Below, piece after piece: positions 1 through 8,119 of a DNA stretch of 12,958 bases. The stretch comes from Candidatus Hodarchaeum mangrovi (GTDB lineage: Archaea; Asgardarchaeota; Heimdallarchaeia; Hodarchaeales; Hodarchaeaceae), in contig JAEOUE010000089.1 of the NCBI GenBank assembly GCA_016839515.1, positions 1-12,958 of the forward strand. The letters run 5' to 3'. The position numbers and the translations under genes were made by a program. The notes beneath the pieces were generated by a model. That model made no database searches. It was given only the letters and a program-made list of their open reading frames with translations, and was not told where the DNA came from. Position 1 is the first letter of the stretch, and each line of letters begins with the position of its first letter.

Positions 1-1143
1 CGCAGAGCTAAAGAAGCAGGTCAACTTGAAAATTTAATCAGTCAGCTTGATAAAAAGCAACCTGATTATATTAAGGATTTAAATTGGTTAATAAAACAAC
101 GTGACCAAGAAGCTTTCATAAGTATAGATAAATACCGAAAAAAAGTTTTAGGAGATAAATATAGCTCAACTTCATTTGATGACTCATTTGCTGTTACATT
201 AGAACTTTCATCCTGTCAATATTTCCCATTCTTAATAGTTGGAGCTAAACAGTCAGTTGAGAAAGAAGAGTTGATGCCTGGTCGAATCATCCGGGTTCGT
301 AGAATGAAAGAACAGGAAGAAGATGGAGATCTCCTTGCTATGGCAGCAGCTATGCAAATAATTGGGGCATCATACGTTGAAACTCTTGATACAAAAGGAA
401 CTGCACCTGGACCTGATGGTTTTCCCGTTAATATTCATCTCGGTGGTCCAGAAACGATTACGGGGTATTTTGGAGGGGTAGGCCAACCAAATAACTTTGC
501 CTTAAAATGGATAGAAGAGTTTTTATATTTCTACACAAAATATGGGGTAAAACAAGTCCTGAATATCAACCCAGGAACAGTCCTTCTAGGATATATGCTA
601 CATAAGCTTGGGATTGATAATGAGTTTAAAATCTCGGTTTTCATGGGTAATGATAATCCTTACAGCTGTTTATGGACCTTAATGACTGCAAAATTATTTG
701 CACGAAAAGATGGTACAAGTCCATTAATTGGCTTTAATCTTTCAAATGCTGTAAACAATACAACAATAGAACTTAGTGCTTATATTCGTAAAGAATTTGG
801 GCTCGAAAATATTGTACGACTCGAACATCATATCGTAGAAACCATCAAATCAATTGTTCGTCAACCATATGATCGAACAGAAGAATTAATAGAATTGGCA
901 AAACATTTAAAAAACATTTCAGCAAAACATGAGGGTGGTCCTGTGGAGATTGATAGTGTTCGGGAACATCCAACAGATATTCTTGATTATTTTAGAGCAA
1001 AAGATGAAATTATAAATGCAGGGCATTGGGAATATTTAAAGGTCAATTATCTTGATCGGCATGCTGCAGTAAACGAAACAGCAAAAAAATTAACTGAAAA
1101 TGGTATCAGTTTTGTTGCAGCTCAAAATTTACACCATCGATAA
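1..1143 (+). CDS. Uncharacterised soluble protein, probably an enzyme; 5'-truncated at the window edge
   Basis: Frame +1 is open from base 1 (RRAKEAGQLENLISQLDKKQPDYIKDLNWL...VTLELSSCQYFPFL...) with no stop before TAA at 1141-1143, so the TTG start at 271 in the ORF track is internal. It has Gly-rich, conserved-looking blocks (VETLDTKGT, NIHLGGPETITGYFGGVGQPN, FKISVFMGNDNP, LEHHIVET, SAKHEGG). I cannot name a family. Confidence 0.85.
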   Translation, partial: RRAKEAGQLENLISQLDKKQPDYIKDLNWLIKQRDQEAFISIDKYRKKVLGDKYSSTSFDDSFAVTLELSSCQYFPFLIVGAKQSVEKEELMPGRIIRVRRMKEQEEDGDLLAMAAAMQIIGASYVETLDTKGTAPGPDGFPVNIHLGGPETITGYFGGVGQPNNFALKWIEEFLYFYTKYGVKQVLNINPGTVLLGYMLHKLGIDNEFKISVFMGNDNPYSCLWTLMTAKLFARKDGTSPLIGFNLSNAVNNTTIELSAYIRKEFGLENIVRLEHHIVETIKSIVRQPYDRTEELIELAKHLKNISAKHEGGPVEIDSVREHPTDILDYFRAKDEIINAGHWEYLKVNYLDRHAAVNETAKKLTENGISFVAAQNLHHR

Positions 1144-1150
1144 CTACTAA

Positions 1151-2314
1151 GTGAGTATCATGATTGATTATAATGTCTTAAGAAAGACAGGTGCAGGGAT
1201 CTTCAAAGTCTTGGCTAAGGCTAAAGATCTAGAACAAGCAGGAAAAAAAATTCTTCATTTTGAAATTGGACAACCTTACGAAAATACGCCTGAACATATT
1301 AAACAAGCTGCAAAAGATGCTCTGGATGAAAACTTCACTGGATATGTGGAATCAAGTGGTATCCATGAGCTGAAAGAAGCAATTCGAGACGAAGTTCAAA
1401 ATACGCGTGGATTCAAGCCTTCTCTCAACCAAGTTTTAATACTTCCTGGTGCTAATTCTGGAGTATATTATGCCCTAAGAGCAGTAATAGATAATACAAA
1501 CCAAGAAATTATCTATCCAAACCCTGGATTTCCAACATATGGATCTGTAGTAAGTTATCTTAACGCAGGAGATAAAGCAGTACGAATAAAAGAAGAAAAT
1601 GAATTTCGTTTGAACCCAATTGATTTAGAAGACAAAATCACGATAAATACTAAAGTAATTATTCTAAATAGTCCACAAAATCCGACTGGATCAGTAATGA
1701 AAAAACAAGAAATTCAACGGATCGCGGAATTTGCTGAAGAACATAATTTCTATATCTTATCTGATGAAATTTACTCTAAAATGATATATGATGAAGAATT
1801 TTATTCCTGTTCTGTTCGGGATGAATGTAGAGAAAGAACTTTACTTCTTGATGGTTTTTCAAAATCCTATTCAATGACTGGATGGCGACTTGGGTGGATA
1901 ATCGCACCTGAAAAAATGATCGATCGAATGAACCTTCTTATTTCTATAGGTGTTTCTTGTACTTCCTCATTTATACAAAAAGCTGGTACAGCTGCTTTAA
2001 AAGGCCCACAAGATTCAATCCATGAGAATATGATAGAATATAGAAAACGTCGGGAGACAATTGTGAAAGGATTGAATGAAGTAAAAGGTTTCTCCTGTTT
2101 GACTCCTCAAGGAGCATTTTATGTGTTTCCAAATATCATTAAGACTGGAATGACCTCCCAAGAATGTGCTGATCATCTCTTAAATCACGGGATAGCCTGT
2201 TTACCTGGAACAGTATTTGGGTCAAATGGAGAAGGTTATTTACGTTTTTCATATGCAACATCAATTGAAACAATAAAAAAGGGAATTAAACTAATAAAAA
2301 ATGCTTTTGAATAA
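1151..2314 (+). CDS. PLP-dependent aminotransferase, class I/II (aspartate/aromatic aminotransferase-like)
   Basis: Motifs EIGQP, NPGFPTY, NSPQNPTG, SDEIY, PLP-lysine motif GFSKSYSMTGWRLG, PQGAFYVF and GEGYLRFSYA. Start is GTG 1151 or ATG 1160. Substrate cannot be determined from sequence. Confidence 0.93.
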   Translation: MSIMIDYNVLRKTGAGIFKVLAKAKDLEQAGKKILHFEIGQPYENTPEHIKQAAKDALDENFTGYVESSGIHELKEAIRDEVQNTRGFKPSLNQVLILPGANSGVYYALRAVIDNTNQEIIYPNPGFPTYGSVVSYLNAGDKAVRIKEENEFRLNPIDLEDKITINTKVIILNSPQNPTGSVMKKQEIQRIAEFAEEHNFYILSDEIYSKMIYDEEFYSCSVRDECRERTLLLDGFSKSYSMTGWRLGWIIAPEKMIDRMNLLISIGVSCTSSFIQKAGTAALKGPQDSIHENMIEYRKRRETIVKGLNEVKGFSCLTPQGAFYVFPNIIKTGMTSQECADHLLNHGIACLPGTVFGSNGEGYLRFSYATSIETIKKGIKLIKNAFE

Positions 2315-2334
2315 TTGTATCGGAAGTATTAACC

Positions 2335-3378
2335 ATGAAAGATATAACACGCATTTGTTTCATCGGATGGGGAGTAGTTGGTCAAGGTTTAACTGAAATT
2401 CTTCTTGAACAGAAAAGTGAATTGAAAAATAGATATGGTTTTCAATTTAAAGTTGTGGCTATTGCAGACAAAGTTAAGGGTTCTGTTTACGATGAAAATG
2501 GATTAGACCTTGCTAAACTTCTCAAAATAGTCAAGGAAACTGGAAAAATTAATGATTACCCAGAAGGAATAAAAGGCTGGGATAGTATTAAAACTATAAC
2601 GGAATCCAACGCTAATTTAGTAGTAGAAGCAAGCTGGACCGATATAAACACGGGAGAACCCGCTATAAGCCATGTTAAAGCTGCAATAAAATGTTACAAG
2701 CATGTAGTTATGACAAATAAGGGACCCATTGCTTTAGCAGCAAAGGATTTATTAAAAATGGCAGAGAAAAATGGTGTACAGCTTAAGTTTGAAGGGACGG
2801 TATTAAGTGGAACCCCTGCAATCAGCCTTGGTTTGAACAATTTAGCAGGTTCAAAGATTACAAAAATTATGGGAATCGTGAACGGAACAACCAATTATAT
2901 ACTTTCTGAAATGGAAAAAGGATTAGAATATGAAACCGCACTTAAGCAAGCTCAACAGCTTGGTTATGCTGAAGCTGATCCAACAGCAGATGTTGAAGGT
3001 TATGATGCACTTGGGAAAGTAGTGATATTATCTAATGTTATACTTGGGGCAAATATAACAAAGGATCAAGTTCCTTGTAAAGGAATTACAAAAATTACTT
3101 CAAAAGATATTGAGGAAGCCAAGAAAGAAGGAAAAAGATGGAAATTAATCGCTGGAGTAGAACTTAAGGATGATGGTTCAGTAGAGGCTTTTGTCAAACC
3201 TCAAAAGATCCCACTTGATCACCCTCTAGCATCCGTTGGAGGACCAATCAATGCATTGACATATACAACAAAATATCTAGGTGACATTACAATTGTAGGA
3301 CCTGGTGCTGGAAGAGAAGCAACTGGATATGCACTCTTAACCGATATCCTTGATATACACCGAAGTTTAACAAAGTAA
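2335..3378 (+). CDS. hom: Homoserine dehydrogenase (short form, no C-terminal ACT domain)
   Basis: Rossmann GWGVVG, HVVMTNKGPIA, FEGTVLSGTP, GIVNGTTNYIL, the signature AQQLGYAEADPTADVEGYDALGK, and C-terminal GPGAG. At 347 aa it ends right after the catalytic domain. Confidence 0.95.
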   Translation: MKDITRICFIGWGVVGQGLTEILLEQKSELKNRYGFQFKVVAIADKVKGSVYDENGLDLAKLLKIVKETGKINDYPEGIKGWDSIKTITESNANLVVEASWTDINTGEPAISHVKAAIKCYKHVVMTNKGPIALAAKDLLKMAEKNGVQLKFEGTVLSGTPAISLGLNNLAGSKITKIMGIVNGTTNYILSEMEKGLEYETALKQAQQLGYAEADPTADVEGYDALGKVVILSNVILGANITKDQVPCKGITKITSKDIEEAKKEGKRWKLIAGVELKDDGSVEAFVKPQKIPLDHPLASVGGPINALTYTTKYLGDITIVGPGAGREATGYALLTDILDIHRSLTK

Positions 3379-3412
3379 TATTCATGAAAAGAATTAATTG
3401 TGAAGTGTTATT

Positions 3413-5203
3413 ATGGGTTACATGGGAAAGTATTTAGATGTAGATTTATCCTCCGAAAAGTTGAACCAAGTTCCCACGGATCCTAAATTAACAGAACATT
3501 TTATTGGAGGGAAGGGATTGGGTGCAAAAATTCTATATGATTCTCTTGCAGCCAATGTTAATCCTTTGAGCTCAGAAAATATTCTCCTCTATATGACTGG
3601 TCCCTTGACTGGTACATCGGTTCAAACCTCTGGAAGGTGGTGCGTCGTGACCAAATCACCTCATACAGGAATTTTTTTAGATAGTCAGATAGGAGGTAAG
3701 TTTGGACATCGATTAAAACAAGCAGGTTATGATTATATCTTTGTTCATGGCAAATCAAATGAACCAGTTTATCTTGAAGTATCTTCTGAAAGAGTTGAAA
3801 TCCATTCGGCCCTTAAACTATGGGGAAAAGGTACCTATAAAACAGAAGAAATTCTAAAGAAGACCCATCCAGGGATGGAAGTTGTCTCAATTGGACCAGC
3901 TGGAGAAAATTTAGTAACATATGCCAGTATAATGACCGATAAAACCCATATGGCCGGCAGAGGGGGCGCAGGAGCAGTAATGGGATTCAAAAAACTTAAA
4001 GCTATCGTAACTGGTGGTACTAATGCGATAGAGACAAATAATACAGCCCAGTTCAAAGAATTAACTAGAAAATTTGCTAAGTCAGTTCGGGAAAATCTTG
4101 GTGTGAAACGAAGGCATGAAATTGGAACTGTAATGTGGGTGAAAATGGCTAATGAAGCTGGCTTTCTTCCAACACATAATTTTCAATCTGGAGTCTTCAA
4201 GGAAGCAGAAAATATCTCAGGGGAATATATGCGAGACAAATTTGTTGTAGGACATACTGCCTGCTATCGCTGTGCTATCGCCTGTGGTAAAACAACAAGA
4301 TTTAATGAAGGAAAATACAGTGGATTACAAGTTGATGGACCAGAATATGAAACATCAGCTCTATTAGGTGCAAGCTGCGGTATTGGTGACTTAGGAGCTA
4401 TTGCAAAAGGAAATGAAATCTGTGATGATCTAGGAATTGATACAATTACTGCTGGTAGTACGATTGCGTTTGCAATGGAATGTACAAACAAAAAAATCTT
4501 GAAACAGCAAGAAATTCCAAATCTCCATTTTGGTAACGCAGATGCGCAACACAAGCTTCTACATCAAATAGCATATCGAGAGGGAATGGGAGATTTATTT
4601 GCTAGTGGAACTTTAATTGCTGCTAAATCTTTAGGATTGAATTCCTCTGATTTTGCAGTGCAGGTAAAAGGTCTGGAACTGGCAGGAGTTGAACCCCGTG
4701 GATCTTTTGGAATGGCATTAGCTTATAGTACTTCCGATCGTGGTGGTTGTCATCAAAGATGTTGGACTCCAGGAGCAGAGCTTTCTGGTTCTCTTAAACG
4801 ATTTTCTTTCGATGGAGTAGCGAAATTTGTCAAAGAATCTCAAGATGAACGAGCTGTATGTTTTTCTCTTGTTCTTTGTGATTTTCTTCCATTTGAGATC
4901 CCTGAAATGGTCGAGATGCTTAATATGGCAACAGGGTTTAATTATACTCCTCAATCATATCTTCAGACAGGTGAACGAATTTGGAATCAAACAAGGCTAT
5001 TTAATGTCCGTGAAGGAATGACAGCCAAAGATGATATATTACCAAAGCGATTCTATACTGAGAAGGCTCCCGAAGGAGATCCAGAGGGACAATTGATAGA
5101 TAAAAATGCCTTTGAAAATGCAAAACAGGAGTACTACTCACTTAGAAATTGGGATTCACAAGGAGTACCTTCAGCAGCGAAGTTAAAAGAATTAAAACTT
5201 TAA
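3413..5203 (+). CDS. aor: Tungsten-dependent aldehyde:ferredoxin oxidoreductase (AOR family)
   Basis: Motifs FIGGKGLG, TGPLTG, KSPHTG, IGPAGEN, AGRGGAGAVMG, [4Fe-4S] cysteines CYRCAIAC plus SLVLC, GPEYET, CDDLGIDTI, VKGLELAGVEPR, DRGGCH, GERIWN, DDILPKRF and YYSLRNWD. Length is 596 aa. Subfamily and substrate are unresolved. Confidence 0.95.
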   Translation: MGYMGKYLDVDLSSEKLNQVPTDPKLTEHFIGGKGLGAKILYDSLAANVNPLSSENILLYMTGPLTGTSVQTSGRWCVVTKSPHTGIFLDSQIGGKFGHRLKQAGYDYIFVHGKSNEPVYLEVSSERVEIHSALKLWGKGTYKTEEILKKTHPGMEVVSIGPAGENLVTYASIMTDKTHMAGRGGAGAVMGFKKLKAIVTGGTNAIETNNTAQFKELTRKFAKSVRENLGVKRRHEIGTVMWVKMANEAGFLPTHNFQSGVFKEAENISGEYMRDKFVVGHTACYRCAIACGKTTRFNEGKYSGLQVDGPEYETSALLGASCGIGDLGAIAKGNEICDDLGIDTITAGSTIAFAMECTNKKILKQQEIPNLHFGNADAQHKLLHQIAYREGMGDLFASGTLIAAKSLGLNSSDFAVQVKGLELAGVEPRGSFGMALAYSTSDRGGCHQRCWTPGAELSGSLKRFSFDGVAKFVKESQDERAVCFSLVLCDFLPFEIPEMVEMLNMATGFNYTPQSYLQTGERIWNQTRLFNVREGMTAKDDILPKRFYTEKAPEGDPEGQLIDKNAFENAKQEYYSLRNWDSQGVPSAAKLKELKL

Positions 5204-5218
5204 ATTATTTTGATATGA

Positions 5219-6634
5219 TTAGCTTTTAAATTTCCATATTGTCCCTTCAGGTTTATCCTCAAGCTGTATTCCAATATCAATTAACTTTGAACGAATTTCA
5301 TCTGCAAGTTTAAATTGTTTTATATTCCTAAGGTCGTTTCGTAATACTATTATCAGACTAATTAATGAATGAAGTGGTATAACTCCCTGAACATCAGTTA
5401 TATGTAAATCTATCCCTAAAATTCCCATCAATGTAACAATTAGATCGCTTGCTTCAGCAAGAAGATGCCTTTCATTATCAAATGCATTATTTACTGATTT
5501 TACGAATTGCATAATAGCTTGAATAGCTCCAACTGTATTAAGATCATCATCCATAGCTTGGATGAAGTCAGTTGTAACTCGTGTGATGCTTTCACGGAGA
5601 ACTTTTTCTTTTCCACCATTAGCTTGTTTTAATGCTGCTAATGAGGTTCGAATACGATCCAAAAGGACTTGGTTTTGGCTAATTGCATCATTATTGAAAT
5701 CTACACTTTTTCTATAATGAGAATTAACAAGGAATAACCGAATAACCATAGGGTCAAATTCTTTAAAGAGATCTCGTACCAAAATAAAATTTCCCTTAGA
5801 TTTTCCCATTCTTTCCCCATTTACAGTCAAGAAAGCAGCGTGAATCCAATAATTAACGAATTTTTGGCCTGTTCGAGCTTCACTTTGAGCAATTTCATTA
5901 GGATGATGAAGATGTAAATGATCAATCCCTCCAGCATGAATATCTAAAGTGGTTCCTAAGTATTTCTGACTCATTACCGAGCATTCAAGGTGCCAACCTG
6001 GATAACCCATCCCCCATGGAGAGGGCCATTTCATCAAATGCCCCTCTGGAGCTTTTATCCATAAAGCGAAATCCCGTGGGTCTTTTTTCTCAGGATTGAC
6101 TGCTATTCGTGCTCCTACTGTCTCCTCAGAGTAAGTTGTTGGACTAAGTTCACCATAATTAGAAAATTTAGTAACATCAAAATAGATGGTTCCATTCACT
6201 TCATACGCATATTCTTTAGCAAGAAGATCCTTTACAAATTCAATCATCTCTGGTATTTCCCCAGTTGCACGGGGGTAAATATCTGCTCGCTGTATGTTTA
6301 GTTTATCCATATCTTCATAGAATTTTCGGATTTGTTTCTCAACTAGAACCATTGGTTGAATATCTTTAGCTATTGCGGTTTTAATTATTTTATCTTCACC
6401 AGTATCAGCATCATCAGTCAAATGGCCTACATCAGTAAAATTCTGAACCCAAAATACATCATATCCTCGCCAACGGAGATATCTAACTAAGACATCCCAA
6501 TAAGAGTACGTTCGGGCATTCCCAATGTGAGCATCTTCATAAACTGTTTGACCACATGAATAAAAACGCACTTTCTTCTTTTCAATAGGGATAAATTCCT
6601 CTTTTTTCCGTGTAAGTGAATTATAAAGTTGCAT
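5219..6634 (-). CDS. cysS: Cysteine--tRNA ligase (class I)
   Basis: LYNSLTRKKEEF start, CGQTVY, HIGH-type HIGNAR, DFALW, WPSPWGMGYPGWHLECS, DIHAGG, HHPNEIAQ, KMSKS-like RMGKSKGN, SHYR, AMDDDLNT and the anticodon-domain ADEIRSKL...LEDKPEGTIW. Confidence 0.97.
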   Translation of the reverse strand: MQLYNSLTRKKEEFIPIEKKKVRFYSCGQTVYEDAHIGNARTYSYWDVLVRYLRWRGYDVFWVQNFTDVGHLTDDADTGEDKIIKTAIAKDIQPMVLVEKQIRKFYEDMDKLNIQRADIYPRATGEIPEMIEFVKDLLAKEYAYEVNGTIYFDVTKFSNYGELSPTTYSEETVGARIAVNPEKKDPRDFALWIKAPEGHLMKWPSPWGMGYPGWHLECSVMSQKYLGTTLDIHAGGIDHLHLHHPNEIAQSEARTGQKFVNYWIHAAFLTVNGERMGKSKGNFILVRDLFKEFDPMVIRLFLVNSHYRKSVDFNNDAISQNQVLLDRIRTSLAALKQANGGKEKVLRESITRVTTDFIQAMDDDLNTVGAIQAIMQFVKSVNNAFDNERHLLAEASDLIVTLMGILGIDLHITDVQGVIPLHSLISLIIVLRNDLRNIKQFKLADEIRSKLIDIGIQLEDKPEGTIWKFKS

Positions 6635-6915
6635 ATAAATTAAGACTTCCGTTAAGAGTCAATTATTTGATACTTTCATCATTTTTTAAATTTCTACATT
6701 GCCTCTAATAATGTTTTCAATCGAGGTAAGTTACTCTCACTCCAAAGGATATCAAATAGAATAAGTTATATTACAATAATTTTTGTTATGAAAAATATAC
6801 TGATGTTATTTATTCCCAAATAAATTATTCACAGGTTCTCAAAGATCAAGAATTGTCTTTGTTTCAATAAAGTAAGTTAACTTTCCATTTCCGACATGAT
6901 CGATAGGTAAATAAT

Positions 6916-7170
6916 TCATTCACTGTCTTGAGGACCAGATTGAAAGAACTTATTTTGGACTTCTTGAAGTGCTTGAATCAAATCATTAAGGTCTTTTGGT
7001 CCTACTTGTGCAGACATTGCACTCCCGAATTTTGTGTTGTATTGTCGTCCATTAATAAGAGAGAGATCAAAATTTTTATATTGCCCTTTCTGGGTAACCG
7101 AAACAACGACTTTACTATCAAATCGTCCATTGATCCATTTTTTGAATAAAGAATTTGATTTTTCAGCCAT
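6916..7170 (-). CDS. Small hypothetical protein (84 aa), possibly PC4/PUR-like single-stranded nucleic-acid-binding fold
   Basis: ATG start with an RBS-like GGTG at 7177-7180 (- strand) and ordinary amino-acid composition. Beta-strand-like segments (KVVVSVTQKG, YKNFDLSLI) are followed by an amphipathic helix (VGPKDLNDLIQALQEV). The fold assignment is inference. Confidence 0.7.
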   Translation of the reverse strand: MAEKSNSLFKKWINGRFDSKVVVSVTQKGQYKNFDLSLINGRQYNTKFGSAMSAQVGPKDLNDLIQALQEVQNKFFQSGPQDSE

Positions 7171-7264
7171 AAATTACACCAAAACAGTCTATTTTATTTG
7201 ATGGAGACAAGATAATCAGCTTTTTATATTTTTAGCGGTTTAATGATGAAAAAAAAATTTACTC

Positions 7265-7318
7265 TATTCTTAGAATAATCTCATAAAAAAATAGTAATTA
7301 ATTTAAATTCTCGAGAAT
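7265..7318. promoter_or_regulatory. Two related palindromes (TATTCT-T-AGAATA, ATTCT-CG-AGAAT) in the divergent promoter region
   Basis: 7265-7277 is TATTCTTAGAATA and 7307-7318 is ATTCTCGAGAAT, a perfect 12-bp palindrome. Both lie in the AT-rich spacer between the 84-aa gene and the GTPase. Confidence 0.3.
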
Positions 7319-7414
7319 AGGAATACAAAAATTCCTTGTAAACTTTCAAGGAAAAATTATTCTCAATTACAATATTATTCTTATTCTTTAAATTTTTATA
7401 AAGGGGTTTAGGTT

Positions 7415-8047
7415 ATGTCAAGCTCAAATCTTTGGATAAAGATGTTGTTACTAGGTGATGGAGGAGTAGGAAAAAGTGCTTTTCGCCGAGCTTGGTTAGG
7501 AGAGACCTTTAAATCACAATATTTAATGACTTTAGGGGCAGATTTTGCATCAAAACAAGTTATATTAAATTATGAACCTACAGAGACAATATATAACATC
7601 AGATTTCAAATTTGGGATTTAGCAGGTCAACCACGCTTTAAAGATGTTGTAGATCTCTTTTATCGTGGAGCTGCAGGTGCTTTATGTTTTTTTGATATTA
7701 CAAATCAAGGTTCATTTAATGGCCTTCATAATTGGATAAATTCATTCTGGACATTAAATAGTCAAGGAAAACGACCAATTATTATTGTTGGTGCAAAGTG
7801 TGACCTAAAAAATGACCCAGAATTTAAAAGTCAAGTAACTACTGAACAAGGAATAGAATATGCGAAGAATTTAACGCGGATCATAAAAGAAGAAGCTGAT
7901 TTTACCGTCCATTATATCGAAACTTCAGCAAAAGAAGAAATTAATGTAGAAAAAACCTTTCACTTACTCGCTACAGAAATTATTTCTAGTGTTCATCTTA
8001 GAGAACAAATGAGACTCTCAGCATTAAGAAGATTAGACAATAATTAA
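7415..8047 (+). CDS. Ras-superfamily small GTPase, Rab-like (Asgard-type eukaryotic signature protein)
   Basis: G1 GDGGVGKS, switch I/G2 YLMTLGADF, G3 QIWDLAGQPRF, Rab-like FYRGAAGALCFFDIT, deviant G4 GAKCD, G5 ETSAK. The C-terminus (...ALRRLDNN) has no Cys prenylation motif. Confidence 0.93.
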   Translation: MSSSNLWIKMLLLGDGGVGKSAFRRAWLGETFKSQYLMTLGADFASKQVILNYEPTETIYNIRFQIWDLAGQPRFKDVVDLFYRGAAGALCFFDITNQGSFNGLHNWINSFWTLNSQGKRPIIIVGAKCDLKNDPEFKSQVTTEQGIEYAKNLTRIIKEEADFTVHYIETSAKEEINVEKTFHLLATEIISSVHLREQMRLSALRRLDNN

Positions 8048-8119
8048 TATATTTTCTAAAAAAATCTATTAATGCTATTAGTGCTTTTAATATATGGTAT
8101 TTTTCCGTTTTTAGTTTAA

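Noticed and set aside
2694-5021. Short alternative ORFs inside hom and aor (2694-2894, 3558-3758, 3835-4056, 4264-4554, 4718-4954, 4827-5021)
   Set aside because: Fully nested in well-supported genes, antisense or out of frame, with no recognisable motifs; treated as shadow ORFs.
6635-6915. 281-bp gap upstream of cysS as possible ncRNA, T-box or tRNA
   Set aside because: Very AT-rich, with no GC-rich stems, cloverleaf or T-box consensus visible; most simply promoter/terminator DNA.
6916-6918. TGA stop of the 84-aa ORF as possible selenocysteine readthrough
   Set aside because: No redox-motif context, the protein ends in a natural polar tail, and I saw no convincing SECIS-like hairpin.
6928-7149. 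73-aa + strand ORF
   Set aside because: Antisense shadow of the 84-aa ORF, which has the better start (ATG plus GGTG RBS) and more protein-like composition.
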